DNA of 24,000 nt from Candidatus Thorarchaeota archaeon (GTDB lineage: Archaea > Asgardarchaeota > Thorarchaeia > Thorarchaeales > Thorarchaeaceae): NCBI GenBank assembly GCA_003662765.1, contig QMYR01000008.1, forward strand, positions 1,677-25,676, given 5' to 3'. This document shows positions 14,135 to 22,233 of this stretch, in pieces. Under the pieces are notes generated by a model. That model was not told the origin of the DNA and did not search any database. It worked only from the letters and a program-made list of their open reading frames with translations. Each line of letters opens with the position of its first letter. Position 1 is the first letter of the stretch. The position numbers and the translations under genes are program-made.

Positions 14135-14542
14135 TTCAATTTCTTCTTGATGGATAGTTACTACGAGTGTGACACCGCGCAAGACTGCGGAATTGTGCAG
14201 TCTTCCATAATGTTAAGTGCGCTCGTGAAGGGGCTCTATAGATACGAGGTGATATGAGAAAATGTTTAGACGCAGCCAAAAGAAGAACAAGAGAGCTGCA
14301 CGCAGGAGATCACTCCCACCTTTCGAGTGGTACGCAGCGGCCACCAGATAGAGTGGCGCTAACCTGCAACAGTCCATTTCGTTGTCTGGGAGCAACCTGA
14401 CAACATTGAAACAAGAGAGGAATACTACGGCTTGTGACGGCGAGAGCCAAGCGTTCGAAATCTTGAATAGGTTCCGACATCTTTAAGTGGCTCAGCCCGC
14501 CGTCACTTGCTGAAACACATCTGGCACTTCGCCAGAACTTGC

Positions 14543-14673
14543 GCGGAGGTTGCCAAGCCAGGTCAAAGATGTGAGATGGGAGAACACTCCCAACGCTCAT
14601 GTCAACTGCAGGCGCTAGGTTGAGGGCCTAGTCCCGCAGGGGTTCGCGAGTTCAAATCTCGCCCTCCGCACCA
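14543..14673 (+). tRNA. tRNA-Leu (anticodon GAG) with an intron in the D arm
   Basis: Hand-folded. Acceptor stem GCGGAGG/CCTCCGC. The D region TTGCCAAGCCAGGTCAAAG^GCG is interrupted by ~43 nt (about 14569-14611), which contains the hairpin TGGGAG-AACA-CTCCCA. Anticodon arm CTAGG-TT[GAG]GG-CCTAG. Long variable arm TCCCGCAGGGGTTC. T arm GCGAG-TTCAAAT-CTCGC. Discriminator A, with CCA encoded. Confidence 0.85.
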
Positions 14674-14736
14674 CTTCTCATTCTCCCAATTCCCATCATT
14701 CCTGCTTAGGTGAGGTCTGACTACGAGCAATGGCAA

Positions 14737-14744
14737 TGTATAAA
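14737..14744 (+). promoter_or_regulatory. TATA-like box TGTATAAA upstream of the oxidoreductase gene
   Basis: It lies ~48 nt upstream of TTG 14790, and GGTAGGTG (14778-14785) could act as a Shine-Dalgarno element. Confidence 0.35.
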
Positions 14745-14789
14745 CGGCGACCTAGTTCCAACCCCCAGTGAATAGCAGGTAGGTGCCAG

Positions 14790-15782
14790 TTGTTGGTTTT
14801 ACTCAAGATAGGCATTATCGGAATCGGAAATATGGGGCGAATCCATGCCCGAATTCTCAGCAGCATGGGGTTGCTGTCGGCAATTGCAGACACGGACTTC
14901 TCACGGGCAGAGTCCGTTGCCAAGACGTACGGTGCGAACCCCTTCGATAGCTATGAAGCGATGTTGGATGAGATGGACTTAGATGGTGTTGTCATATCGA
15001 CACCCACGCGCACACATGCAAGAATAGCTCAAGCAATTGCTGAGAACTACGATAGTGTGAGGGGGATTCTGATTGAGAAGCCTCTTGCAAGTACGCTTGA
15101 TGACGCGATTCGTGTGGCAAGAACCCTACAGCAGAGAGAGATTGTGGCCATCGTATCGCACTCTGAGATCTATAATCCAGTTGTTAAGAGAACATTGTCG
15201 CTGATACATGAGGGTGCTGTTGGCGAGATAAGATCCGTCATTCATGATAGAAGAGGATTTGTTCAGCCTGCAAGAATCCCGTCACTGGGCGATGTGTTGG
15301 AGGACATTGGAGTTCACGACTTTGATATCATGGCGAGACTGAGCCATGGTCCCGCACGCCTCTACGCACAGTGCAATACGTCAGAAGGAGTCTACAACGC
15401 CGCCACAGTCATCGTCAAGTTTGATAGTGGTACGGAACATGTGTTTCATCTCTCAAGACAGTACGTCGGGCGCAGACGTTCGATGGACGTTTCAGGTACG
15501 AAAGGTACCCTCTTCATCGACCTCTTCGGCCAGATAATACGCGTTCAGGATCTGGACGAGGAGCCGCTGGCAGACGGCCGGGCAATACGGCTGCCTGAGC
15601 GAGGCGCAACGATAAAGGTCTATGGAGAGCCGGTCCAAGAGGTGCTGAATGACTTTGTACGTTGTATTCAAAGTGGGGAGAGGCCTCGCGTCAACCTTGA
15701 TGATGGAATCTCAGCCCTAAAGATTGTCGAGGCAGCCAGACAGAGCGCAAGAACTGGGAAGATTGTTGACATAGAGATATAG
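14790..15782 (+). CDS. Gfo/Idh/MocA-family NAD(P)-dependent oxidoreductase
   Basis: 330 aa. The N-terminal Rossmann motif is KIGIIGIGNMGRIHARIL, with EKPLA at the end of the dinucleotide-binding domain. The substrate is not inferable. Confidence 0.85.
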   Translation: MLVLLKIGIIGIGNMGRIHARILSSMGLLSAIADTDFSRAESVAKTYGANPFDSYEAMLDEMDLDGVVISTPTRTHARIAQAIAENYDSVRGILIEKPLASTLDDAIRVARTLQQREIVAIVSHSEIYNPVVKRTLSLIHEGAVGEIRSVIHDRRGFVQPARIPSLGDVLEDIGVHDFDIMARLSHGPARLYAQCNTSEGVYNAATVIVKFDSGTEHVFHLSRQYVGRRRSMDVSGTKGTLFIDLFGQIIRVQDLDEEPLADGRAIRLPERGATIKVYGEPVQEVLNDFVRCIQSGERPRVNLDDGISALKIVEAARQSARTGKIVDIEI

Positions 15783-15784
15783 AG

Positions 15785-17071
15785 TCAGGATGTCACTGCA
15801 GCCAGCAGGTAGCTCCGGTACGCCTCCGTGATTCGCACACCTACAAACAGACCCGGGTCCAATCTATCGTGCACTATAATCGAATTGTAGTACTGATCTC
15901 GACAGAGCGTGCCACCTCGAGGGGCTGGACCAGTAACGAGGACAGGACCAGACCAGCCAACCCACTGTCGATGTTCATCCAGAATCATCTCGTTGACCAT
16001 TTGGGAGAGCCGCCTGCTTCTGTCCTTCTTGACAGATGTGGCCACTTTGTGGCGTGAGCGGGACGCCTTTGTTCCTGGGCGATCACCATACTTTGAGATG
16101 TTCACCACCTGCGGACGAACATCCCGAATGACACGCAATGTCGCATCGAAGTCGTCATCAGACTCGCCAGGAAACCCTACGATTATGTCAGTCGCTATGG
16201 TCGCACGTGGAAACATGGACCTAATGGTGTCCACAACATGTTTCCACTCATCGACCGTGTAGCGGCGGGCCATGGCCCTGAGGATCGCATCGCTACCCGA
16301 CTGAAGGGGCATGTGAAAGAACTTGAAGAAGTGGTCGGATCTCATTACCTTAAGCAATTCATCGAGAGAGTCGGCTATGAGATTCGAGTTGAACATTCCG
16401 AGCCTGAAGCGATGCTTGCCCTCAATTGTATCAAGGGCAGTCAGAAGCTCCACTAGAGATTCGCCAGTGTCATGACCGAATGCTGCTGTATCTTGGGCTG
16501 TCAGACGTATCTCGCGATATCCAGTATGAACTGCTCTCCTAACGACTGATATAATCTCCTCAATTGTGTAGCTCCGCAGGACACTCCTTGCAAGTCGAAC
16601 TGCACAGTAGGTACAGCTTCCAAGACAACCCTCACAAATGGGGACTGTACAGACTACCGTATCCGGAGGACCCTCGAAAAACCGTAGCTTTGAGGTCAAA
16701 TCCGATTTCAGATGAACAATGCCCCGCTCGCCCCTCACGACTCGTTCGACAATGTTTCCCAATGTGTCAATCGACTGCGGACCGAGAATAGCGGCGAAGT
16801 TGGGGATTGCGTCAACCACCCGATTGAATGATATCTTCGGCAGACATCCAGTCACTATGACCGGCCTTTGCAGAGCAGCCAGCTCTGTCAGGCGATACAC
16901 TATTCGATCCTCCGTGGGCTCCTTGACACCGCATGTGTTTATGATGATGAGGTCTGCAGCATCGATTTGTTGTACTCGTCTAGCCCCTAGCAGATGGAGC
17001 CTTCCAACAATCATGTCGGAGTCTGCGGCGTTGAGCGAACAGCCGTAAGTTTCCAAATAGAATCTCATCAT
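15785..17071 (-). CDS. methylthiotransferase, archaeal/eukaryotic MtaB (CDKAL1-like) type
   Basis: The start is taken at the ATG ATG at 17071/17068 (MMRFYLETYGCSLNAAD). The N-terminal MTTase cysteines are present (YGC, NTCGV, TGC), as are the radical SAM motif CLGSCTYC and a C-terminal TRAM-like domain. The longer track ORF (to 17170) would overlap the upstream gene. Confidence 0.9.
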   Translation of the reverse strand: MMRFYLETYGCSLNAADSDMIVGRLHLLGARRVQQIDAADLIIINTCGVKEPTEDRIVYRLTELAALQRPVIVTGCLPKISFNRVVDAIPNFAAILGPQSIDTLGNIVERVVRGERGIVHLKSDLTSKLRFFEGPPDTVVCTVPICEGCLGSCTYCAVRLARSVLRSYTIEEIISVVRRAVHTGYREIRLTAQDTAAFGHDTGESLVELLTALDTIEGKHRFRLGMFNSNLIADSLDELLKVMRSDHFFKFFHMPLQSGSDAILRAMARRYTVDEWKHVVDTIRSMFPRATIATDIIVGFPGESDDDFDATLRVIRDVRPQVVNISKYGDRPGTKASRSRHKVATSVKKDRSRRLSQMVNEMILDEHRQWVGWSGPVLVTGPAPRGGTLCRDQYYNSIIVHDRLDPGLFVGVRITEAYRSYLLAAVTS

Positions 17072-17084
17072 AGTTCCCAACCAG

Positions 17085-17372
17085 TCATCCGCCTTGAACA
17101 TGGGGCAGTAGGGCAAGCTCGTCACCATCGTGGACTCGTGTTTCCAGCCCATCGAGTGTGTTGACATCACGTTTGTTTAGCATGACTATGAAGTTCCCAC
17201 TGATACCTTCATCGTCCTTGAGAAGAGAGTGAAGCTCCGGCCCAATCCTATCTACCAAGTACTCAATCACGTCTTTGACACGGGATTCTTCTGGGACATC
17301 GATGCTCATCTCTCCGGTACCACAGACTCTCCGTATGGGGCCGAACAGTTTGAAGCGTATGTTCAACGCCAA
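17085..17372 (-). CDS. MoaD/ThiS-family ubiquitin-like small protein (SAMP-like) ending in Gly-Gly
   Basis: 95 aa with a beta-grasp-like pattern (IRFKLFGPIR...DVIEYLV...MLNKRDV...VHDGDELALLPHVQGG). The diglycine is the last residue pair before the stop. Confidence 0.7.
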   Translation of the reverse strand: MALNIRFKLFGPIRRVCGTGEMSIDVPEESRVKDVIEYLVDRIGPELHSLLKDDEGISGNFIVMLNKRDVNTLDGLETRVHDGDELALLPHVQGG

Positions 17373-17389
17373 TCCCCCGTGTTACTATT

Positions 17390-17767
17390 TCATTTCAATG
17401 CAGAGGCTAACTCGTCCACCATCGATTCGATTTCTGCCACTACAGTTTCCAAATCCTGTGGCGAGGCGTTGTCGATGTGTACACCGACAGTGACAACAAC
17501 GGGTGTATTGAGTGCCTTTGCCAACCGTTCGGCCAGCGGACCTGAAACTACATAGTCCTTGTGTCCTGGCAATGATAAGGTACTCATGGTCACTATGGAT
17601 GCGTCACGGAATTCGCTTTTGGAGGGATAGGCAACTGAAACGGCACCCACGTGAGGCACATCCCCACCGTAGATCATCACGGAGAGGCTCTTGCCAATCC
17701 ATTTTGCCTCTGCCATGAGGGCAAACCTGCCAAGCTCTCTGCGAATCATCAACGGGAAGACATCCAC
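17390..17767 (-). CDS. small conserved protein, LpdD-like (prenyl-FMN chaperone-like family); tentative name
   Basis: 125 aa. The motifs GGDVPHVGAV, PGHKD and VTVGVH, in that order, resemble the gallate decarboxylase accessory protein LpdD family as I remember it (GGTNPHIGDV...HKD...AGIH). The start is GTG 17767 or a downstream ATG. Confidence 0.45.
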   Translation of the reverse strand: MDVFPLMIRRELGRFALMAEAKWIGKSLSVMIYGGDVPHVGAVSVAYPSKSEFRDASIVTMSTLSLPGHKDYVVSGPLAERLAKALNTPVVVTVGVHIDNASPQDLETVVAEIESMVDELASALK

Positions 17768-17789
17768 ACAATCAGTGCAATAGGTCCCT

Positions 17790-19334
17790 CTACTGAGTCT
17801 TCTTCAACCTTTGTTGGTACATACGCCACGACAGAGTCAGCGTGGTGGGATGTGCAGCCTTATATTCGTCTAGCAGACCCACAGCCGTGTTGTGTGGCGC
17901 ACTCTTTACGAGTTCCGGATTCGTATAGGCTTCCTCGGAGATCTGTTTCAGTGCGGCTATGAACCTGTCTAGGTCCTCTTTCGACTCGGATTCGGTAGGT
18001 TCTATCATCAACGCCTCCTCCACTATGAGTGGGAAGTAGACGGTGGGCGCATGGACACCGAAGTCGAGGAGACGCTTGGCAACGTTCATGGCTGTGACAC
18101 CGGTTTCCTCCTTCAGTTGCTTCGCAGAGATTACACACTCATGCATACGCGGTGCATCCTTGGAGAACGGCAGACTAAAGCCTCGAATCTGCTTCACATG
18201 ATGAGCCACGTAGTTCGCGTTTAGAACTGCAAGCTCTGACGCACGCCGCAGTCCCTCATGGCCGAGGGCATAGATGTATGCGTATGCACGAATAAGAACT
18301 CCGAAGTTGCCATAGAAACCATGAACCTTCCCAATCGACTTTGGACGATCATAGTCCAAGTCGAATGACCCGTCACCACGGCGTACAATCCGTGGAACTG
18401 GTAGGAAGTCAGCCAGTTCTCTCTTCACCCCAACAGGGCCGGCACCAGGTCCACCGCCACCGTGTGGTGTTGAAAAGGTCTTGTGGAGATTGACATGCAC
18501 AACGTCAAATCCCATGTCCCCAGGCCGTACAATCCCCATGATGGCATTGAGGTTCGCACCATCGTAGTAGACGAGACCCCCTGCATCGTGGACAATGCCA
18601 GTAATCTCTTCAATGTTCTTCTCAAAGACGCCAATGGTGTTAGGATTAGTGAGCATCAACCCCGCGGTAGCAGGACCTGCTGCCTCTTTTAGAGCATCTA
18701 GGTCAACAAGGCCCTCGTCATTCGATGGTAGCACAACGACCTTGTACCCAGCCATTGTAGCAGACGCGGGGTTTGTACCGTGTGCAGCATCAGGGATTAT
18801 CATCTCATGGCGCTTGTCCCACTCTCCAGTGACCTGCCGATGATACTCGCGAATCAGCATGACTCCTGTGAACTCCCCATGTGCTCCAGCCGACGGCTGA
18901 AGTGTCACCTCGTCCATACCGGTGATCTCTCCAATCCATTGCTCGAGTTCCCACATCAGCTCTAGCGCGCCCTGCACAGTACGTGGGTCCTGACCAGGAT
19001 GAAGCCATGCAAAGCCAGGCATACCTGCAACAATCTCGTCAACTAGGGGGTTGTACTTCATCGTACAACTGCCCAGTGGGTATGTACCGAGTGTGACTGA
19101 GTAGTTCATCTGCGAGAGCCGCGTGAAATGACGCACAATCTGCATCTCTGGGGTTCGAGGGAGATTCAATGGGGCACTACGTCTAGCCTCGGAAGGCAGA
19201 AGGCTGTCAACGGAACCCAAGAGGTCCCGAATCTTTGGGTCCACTGGTGGAGGAACATGTGATCTCACACCCTCCACAGATTTCTCGAATATTACGGGCT
19301 CGTTCCAAGATGCTTGATGAAATGTACCGCTCAT
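17790..19334 (-). CDS. gcvPB: glycine dehydrogenase (decarboxylating) subunit 2
   Basis: 514 aa. The PLP region is HVNLHKTFSTPHGGGGPGAGP, and the rest is typical P-protein beta-subunit sequence. The start lies 2 nt after the gcvPA stop. Confidence 0.95.
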   Translation of the reverse strand: MSGTFHQASWNEPVIFEKSVEGVRSHVPPPVDPKIRDLLGSVDSLLPSEARRSAPLNLPRTPEMQIVRHFTRLSQMNYSVTLGTYPLGSCTMKYNPLVDEIVAGMPGFAWLHPGQDPRTVQGALELMWELEQWIGEITGMDEVTLQPSAGAHGEFTGVMLIREYHRQVTGEWDKRHEMIIPDAAHGTNPASATMAGYKVVVLPSNDEGLVDLDALKEAAGPATAGLMLTNPNTIGVFEKNIEEITGIVHDAGGLVYYDGANLNAIMGIVRPGDMGFDVVHVNLHKTFSTPHGGGGPGAGPVGVKRELADFLPVPRIVRRGDGSFDLDYDRPKSIGKVHGFYGNFGVLIRAYAYIYALGHEGLRRASELAVLNANYVAHHVKQIRGFSLPFSKDAPRMHECVISAKQLKEETGVTAMNVAKRLLDFGVHAPTVYFPLIVEEALMIEPTESESKEDLDRFIAALKQISEEAYTNPELVKSAPHNTAVGLLDEYKAAHPTTLTLSWRMYQQRLKKTQ

Positions 19335-19336
19335 TC

Positions 19337-20731
19337 CTATGCGCCTCCCTCAACAATGTCGCGAATCGCAGAAACCATCTTGTCAATGGACTCACGAGTG
19401 TGTAGTTCTGTCACAGAAAACAGCATTGCTTCGCCTAGGCTCGGAAACTGTGATGTCAGTGGAGTCCCGCCGTGAATACCACGCTCAAGAAGCATTTCGT
19501 GGACCGCGGCCACCGACACAGTATCGAACTGAACTGCAAAGTCACGCCAGACAGTTTCTCCAATAGCTGGTGCAGTCACACCCTCTACTCTGTCGAGCTG
19601 CCTCGCTGCGTAGTTGGAGTTGTAGAGGATTGCTTCGGCCACCTCGCGTAGGCCATCGGGGCCCATGGTTGCCAGATAGATTGCCGCATTCACCGCCATG
19701 AGGGCCTGATTTGAACAAATATTGCTCGTGGCCTTCTCTCGTCGAATGTGTTGCTCACGCGCACTAAGTGTCAATACGAATCCGCGTCTGTGTGGTTCGC
19801 TCACTGTTGTGGTCATCCCGACAAGCCGTCCAGGCATTTGATAGACGAGCTTCCTGTCACCCTTGCAAGCAAATACCCCAAGCATGGGGCCTCCAAAGGA
19901 CATCGTATTTCCGAGAAACTGCCCCTCTGCAATCGCGATGTCGGCACCAAACTCGCCAGGGGCCCGCAGTAGGGGAAGAGAGAGTATGTTGACTCCGGCC
20001 ACAAGGAGAGCGCCTGCATCGTGTACGGTTGCCGCAATCTCATCGAGCTGTGTTTCAATGAAGCCTAGATAGCTGGGATTCTCGACGTAGACCCCAGCCA
20101 CGGTGTCATCGAGCCGCGAGCCGAGATCAGTGAGGGACATCAGCCCAGTCTTGGGGTCGAACGAGATGGGCTCCACCCTGATTCCTACGGGCTCGGTATA
20201 CGTCCGAAGGACTCGAAGAGCCACGGGATTGAGAGTTCCCGGAACTAGGAATCTGTTCCGTCGTTTCTTGACACGCGCAGCCATCCGTGCTGCCTCGCCA
20301 AGGGATGTCGGAAGGTCGTACAGACTGCTGTTGACAACATCCATCTGAAGTATCTCAGCTACCAGACTCTGATACTCGAACAGTGTCTGCAGCATCCCCT
20401 GGCTTACTTCGGGTTGATAGCTGGTGTAGGCGGTCACAAACTCAGACCTCTGACCCAGAGCAGACACGGTTGCGGGGATATAGTGAAGACCAGCACCACC
20501 ACCAAGGAATACATTTCCGTCCAGTGCAGGTCGATTCTTGGCCGCCAGTTGCCCGAGGCGAGTCATGACTTCGTGTTCGCTATGCGGCCCAGGAATCTTG
20601 AGTTCACGACGAAGTCTGAATTTCTCAGGAATGTTTACAAGCAGGTCCTCCAGCAATTCCAAGCCCATCGCCGCTAGCATCTCTTTCTCGGTTTCACGGG
20701 TTGTCGGTAGGTATGGGTGTTCTAGTCCCAT
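19337..20731 (-). CDS. gcvPA: glycine dehydrogenase (decarboxylating) subunit 1
   Basis: 464 aa. The N-terminus HPYLPTTRETEKEMLAAMG...IPEKFRL and the motifs TAYTSYQPEVSQG and REQHIRREKATSNICSNQAL match the family. Confidence 0.95.
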   Translation of the reverse strand: MGLEHPYLPTTRETEKEMLAAMGLELLEDLLVNIPEKFRLRRELKIPGPHSEHEVMTRLGQLAAKNRPALDGNVFLGGGAGLHYIPATVSALGQRSEFVTAYTSYQPEVSQGMLQTLFEYQSLVAEILQMDVVNSSLYDLPTSLGEAARMAARVKKRRNRFLVPGTLNPVALRVLRTYTEPVGIRVEPISFDPKTGLMSLTDLGSRLDDTVAGVYVENPSYLGFIETQLDEIAATVHDAGALLVAGVNILSLPLLRAPGEFGADIAIAEGQFLGNTMSFGGPMLGVFACKGDRKLVYQMPGRLVGMTTTVSEPHRRGFVLTLSAREQHIRREKATSNICSNQALMAVNAAIYLATMGPDGLREVAEAILYNSNYAARQLDRVEGVTAPAIGETVWRDFAVQFDTVSVAAVHEMLLERGIHGGTPLTSQFPSLGEAMLFSVTELHTRESIDKMVSAIRDIVEGGA

Positions 20732-20830
20732 CTGAACATCACCAGACGCTGTTGTGACAGGACTGCAGACCGCCAGATAGCCTTTCGCCTTTGGTCACTA
20801 ACGAGTATGTGCCACGGCGACTGGGAATCA

Positions 20831-20840
20831 TTTTTAAATT
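20831..20840. promoter_or_regulatory. A/T box TTTTTAAATT in the divergent gcvPA / trm112-like intergenic region
   Basis: This is the only strong A/T box in 20732-20881. It lies ~45 nt upstream of GTG 20882, and AGGAGGG lies just upstream of that start. Confidence 0.3.
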
Positions 20841-20881
20841 GTACAGACGAAGACGCCGTAGTGCCCGCAGGAGGGCAGTAA

Positions 20882-21223
20882 GTGAAGAGATGGCTCATGG
20901 ATATCCTCGCGTGCCCGGACCCCGAGTGCAGGAGCGAGCTAGAGCTCGAAGTGTTCGCCTTGCACGAGGAAACTTCTGAGGACGGCACAACCTATGAGGA
21001 GATTGATGAGGCACTCATAACATGCCCGAATTGCGGAAGGTGGTATCCGGTAATCGACGGGATTGCTTGTCTGCTCCCTGACGAACACCGGATTACCGGA
21101 AAGCAGAGAATCGAGGAAACGGCGTTCCTCGAGAGGTGGAAAGACCGCATAGACGCGAAGATAATTAACAGCGGTAGACCGTTCGGTCTGAACTCTACAC
21201 ATGACACTGTATCAGCCAGCTGA
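20882..21223 (+). CDS. Trm112-like zinc-ribbon protein (DUF343 family)
   Basis: 113 aa. LMDILACPDPEC...LITCPNCGRWYPVIDGIACLLPDE is the Trm112/YcaR signature (two Cys pairs and DGIP-like LLP). A ~45-aa C-terminal extension follows. Confidence 0.8.
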   Translation: MKRWLMDILACPDPECRSELELEVFALHEETSEDGTTYEEIDEALITCPNCGRWYPVIDGIACLLPDEHRITGKQRIEETAFLERWKDRIDAKIINSGRPFGLNSTHDTVSAS

Positions 21224-21299
21224 AGCCCCGTGGTGTAGTGGTCCAGCATGGCGGGTTTTGGCCCCGCCGACCCAGGTTCGAATCCTGGCGGGGCTACCA
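21224..21299 (+). tRNA. tRNA-Gln (anticodon TTG), no intron
   Basis: Hand-folded. Acceptor stem AGCCCCG/CGGGGCT. Anticodon arm GCGGG-TT[TTG]GC-CCCGC. T arm CCAGG-TTCGAAT-CCTGG. Discriminator A, with CCA encoded. It begins on the base after the Trm112-like TGA. Confidence 0.95.
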
Positions 21300-21303
21300 C
21301 CTT

Positions 21304-22158
21304 CTACTTCTCGCGAAGACTGGGATGTTCGGCGGAATCGTCAATCTGAACCTTGAATAGACGCTTCACCTGTGACAATACTAGACGCTCGCCATTCACC
21401 AGTACGTTCACGGAGATATGGTCTTTCAGACCGGTCGTCGAGATCTTCTTTTGGAGCACTGCCTGAACTTGGAAGACGCCTGCCGGATTGTCCATCGCCA
21501 CGGTGATCAGAAGGGGAGTCGACTCGCCCCTTTCCAGAATGACCTCTTCGATCGCCAAGGCGCTGACAGAGTGAATGTCAACCTTACCCTTCTGATAGGG
21601 GATTATCGTACGGCCCTTCGTCATATCGCATCCGTCCCCAATCTTGGTCACTCCGGCCTCAAAAGTCAGACACTGTGTGTCATCGTCATGTGCGTAGATT
21701 CCGTGAAGCGCGAAAGAGAGGATATCCGTCGCCTTCCCCGGGTCCTCGTAGATCTCGGCCAGTTTTGCCTCCAGAATGGGGTGGGCAAGCTGTACTGCAG
21801 CCTGAGGATGCTCATTGCGGTGGATGACCATCCCGATATCATGAAGGTAGGTAGAGGCAAGCACGACAAGTTTGGCATCATCGATATCGCCTATGCCCTC
21901 GGCGACGACATTGGGAATGAATGACTCCTCGAGTATCTCGAAGGCCTTCAGGGCATTCCACGTAGCAACCTCGGCATGGGTGGGGCCGTGGTCCGTGTAG
22001 CCCAGTCTCGAAACGGCCATGCGATTGGCTGTTCTTAGATACGATTGAACACGTGGAGAGTTGCGAAGATACTGGTACATCTCCATTGCCTTGGTGCCCG
22101 GCTCCAAGAGGTCACCAACGCTAATCTTCTCTCGATCAAACACAAGTTCAGGGTTCAT
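21304..22158 (-). CDS. HD-domain metal-dependent phosphohydrolase
   Basis: ~284 aa from ATG 22158; the track uses TTG 22173. H...HD signature: DHGPTHAEV and STYLHDIGMVIHRNEH. Confidence 0.8.
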   Translation of the reverse strand: MNPELVFDREKISVGDLLEPGTKAMEMYQYLRNSPRVQSYLRTANRMAVSRLGYTDHGPTHAEVATWNALKAFEILEESFIPNVVAEGIGDIDDAKLVVLASTYLHDIGMVIHRNEHPQAAVQLAHPILEAKLAEIYEDPGKATDILSFALHGIYAHDDDTQCLTFEAGVTKIGDGCDMTKGRTIIPYQKGKVDIHSVSALAIEEVILERGESTPLLITVAMDNPAGVFQVQAVLQKKISTTGLKDHISVNVLVNGERLVLSQVKRLFKVQIDDSAEHPSLREK

Positions 22159-22233
22159 CGTTATACACCCCAAAGGGGCATAACCGACACAACCATCCTG
22201 TGATAAGGCTTGTGTAGTGACCAGCTGGAATGC

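Noticed and set aside
14213-14600. Minus-strand ORFs (60 aa and 96 aa) in the tRNA-Thr/tRNA-Leu spacer.
   Set aside because: One overlaps tRNA-Leu by ~58 nt. Neither has a recognisable motif or a Shine-Dalgarno-like element, so the region is treated as non-coding.
17072-17170. 33-codon N-terminal extension of the methylthiotransferase ORF in the supplied track.
   Set aside because: It overlaps the 3' end of the MoaD-like gene. The family N-terminus MRFYLETYGC begins at the ATG pair at 17071/17068.
21418-21924. Plus-strand 168-aa ORF inside the HD-domain gene.
   Set aside because: It is antisense to the frame carrying the H...HD motifs and has no features of its own.
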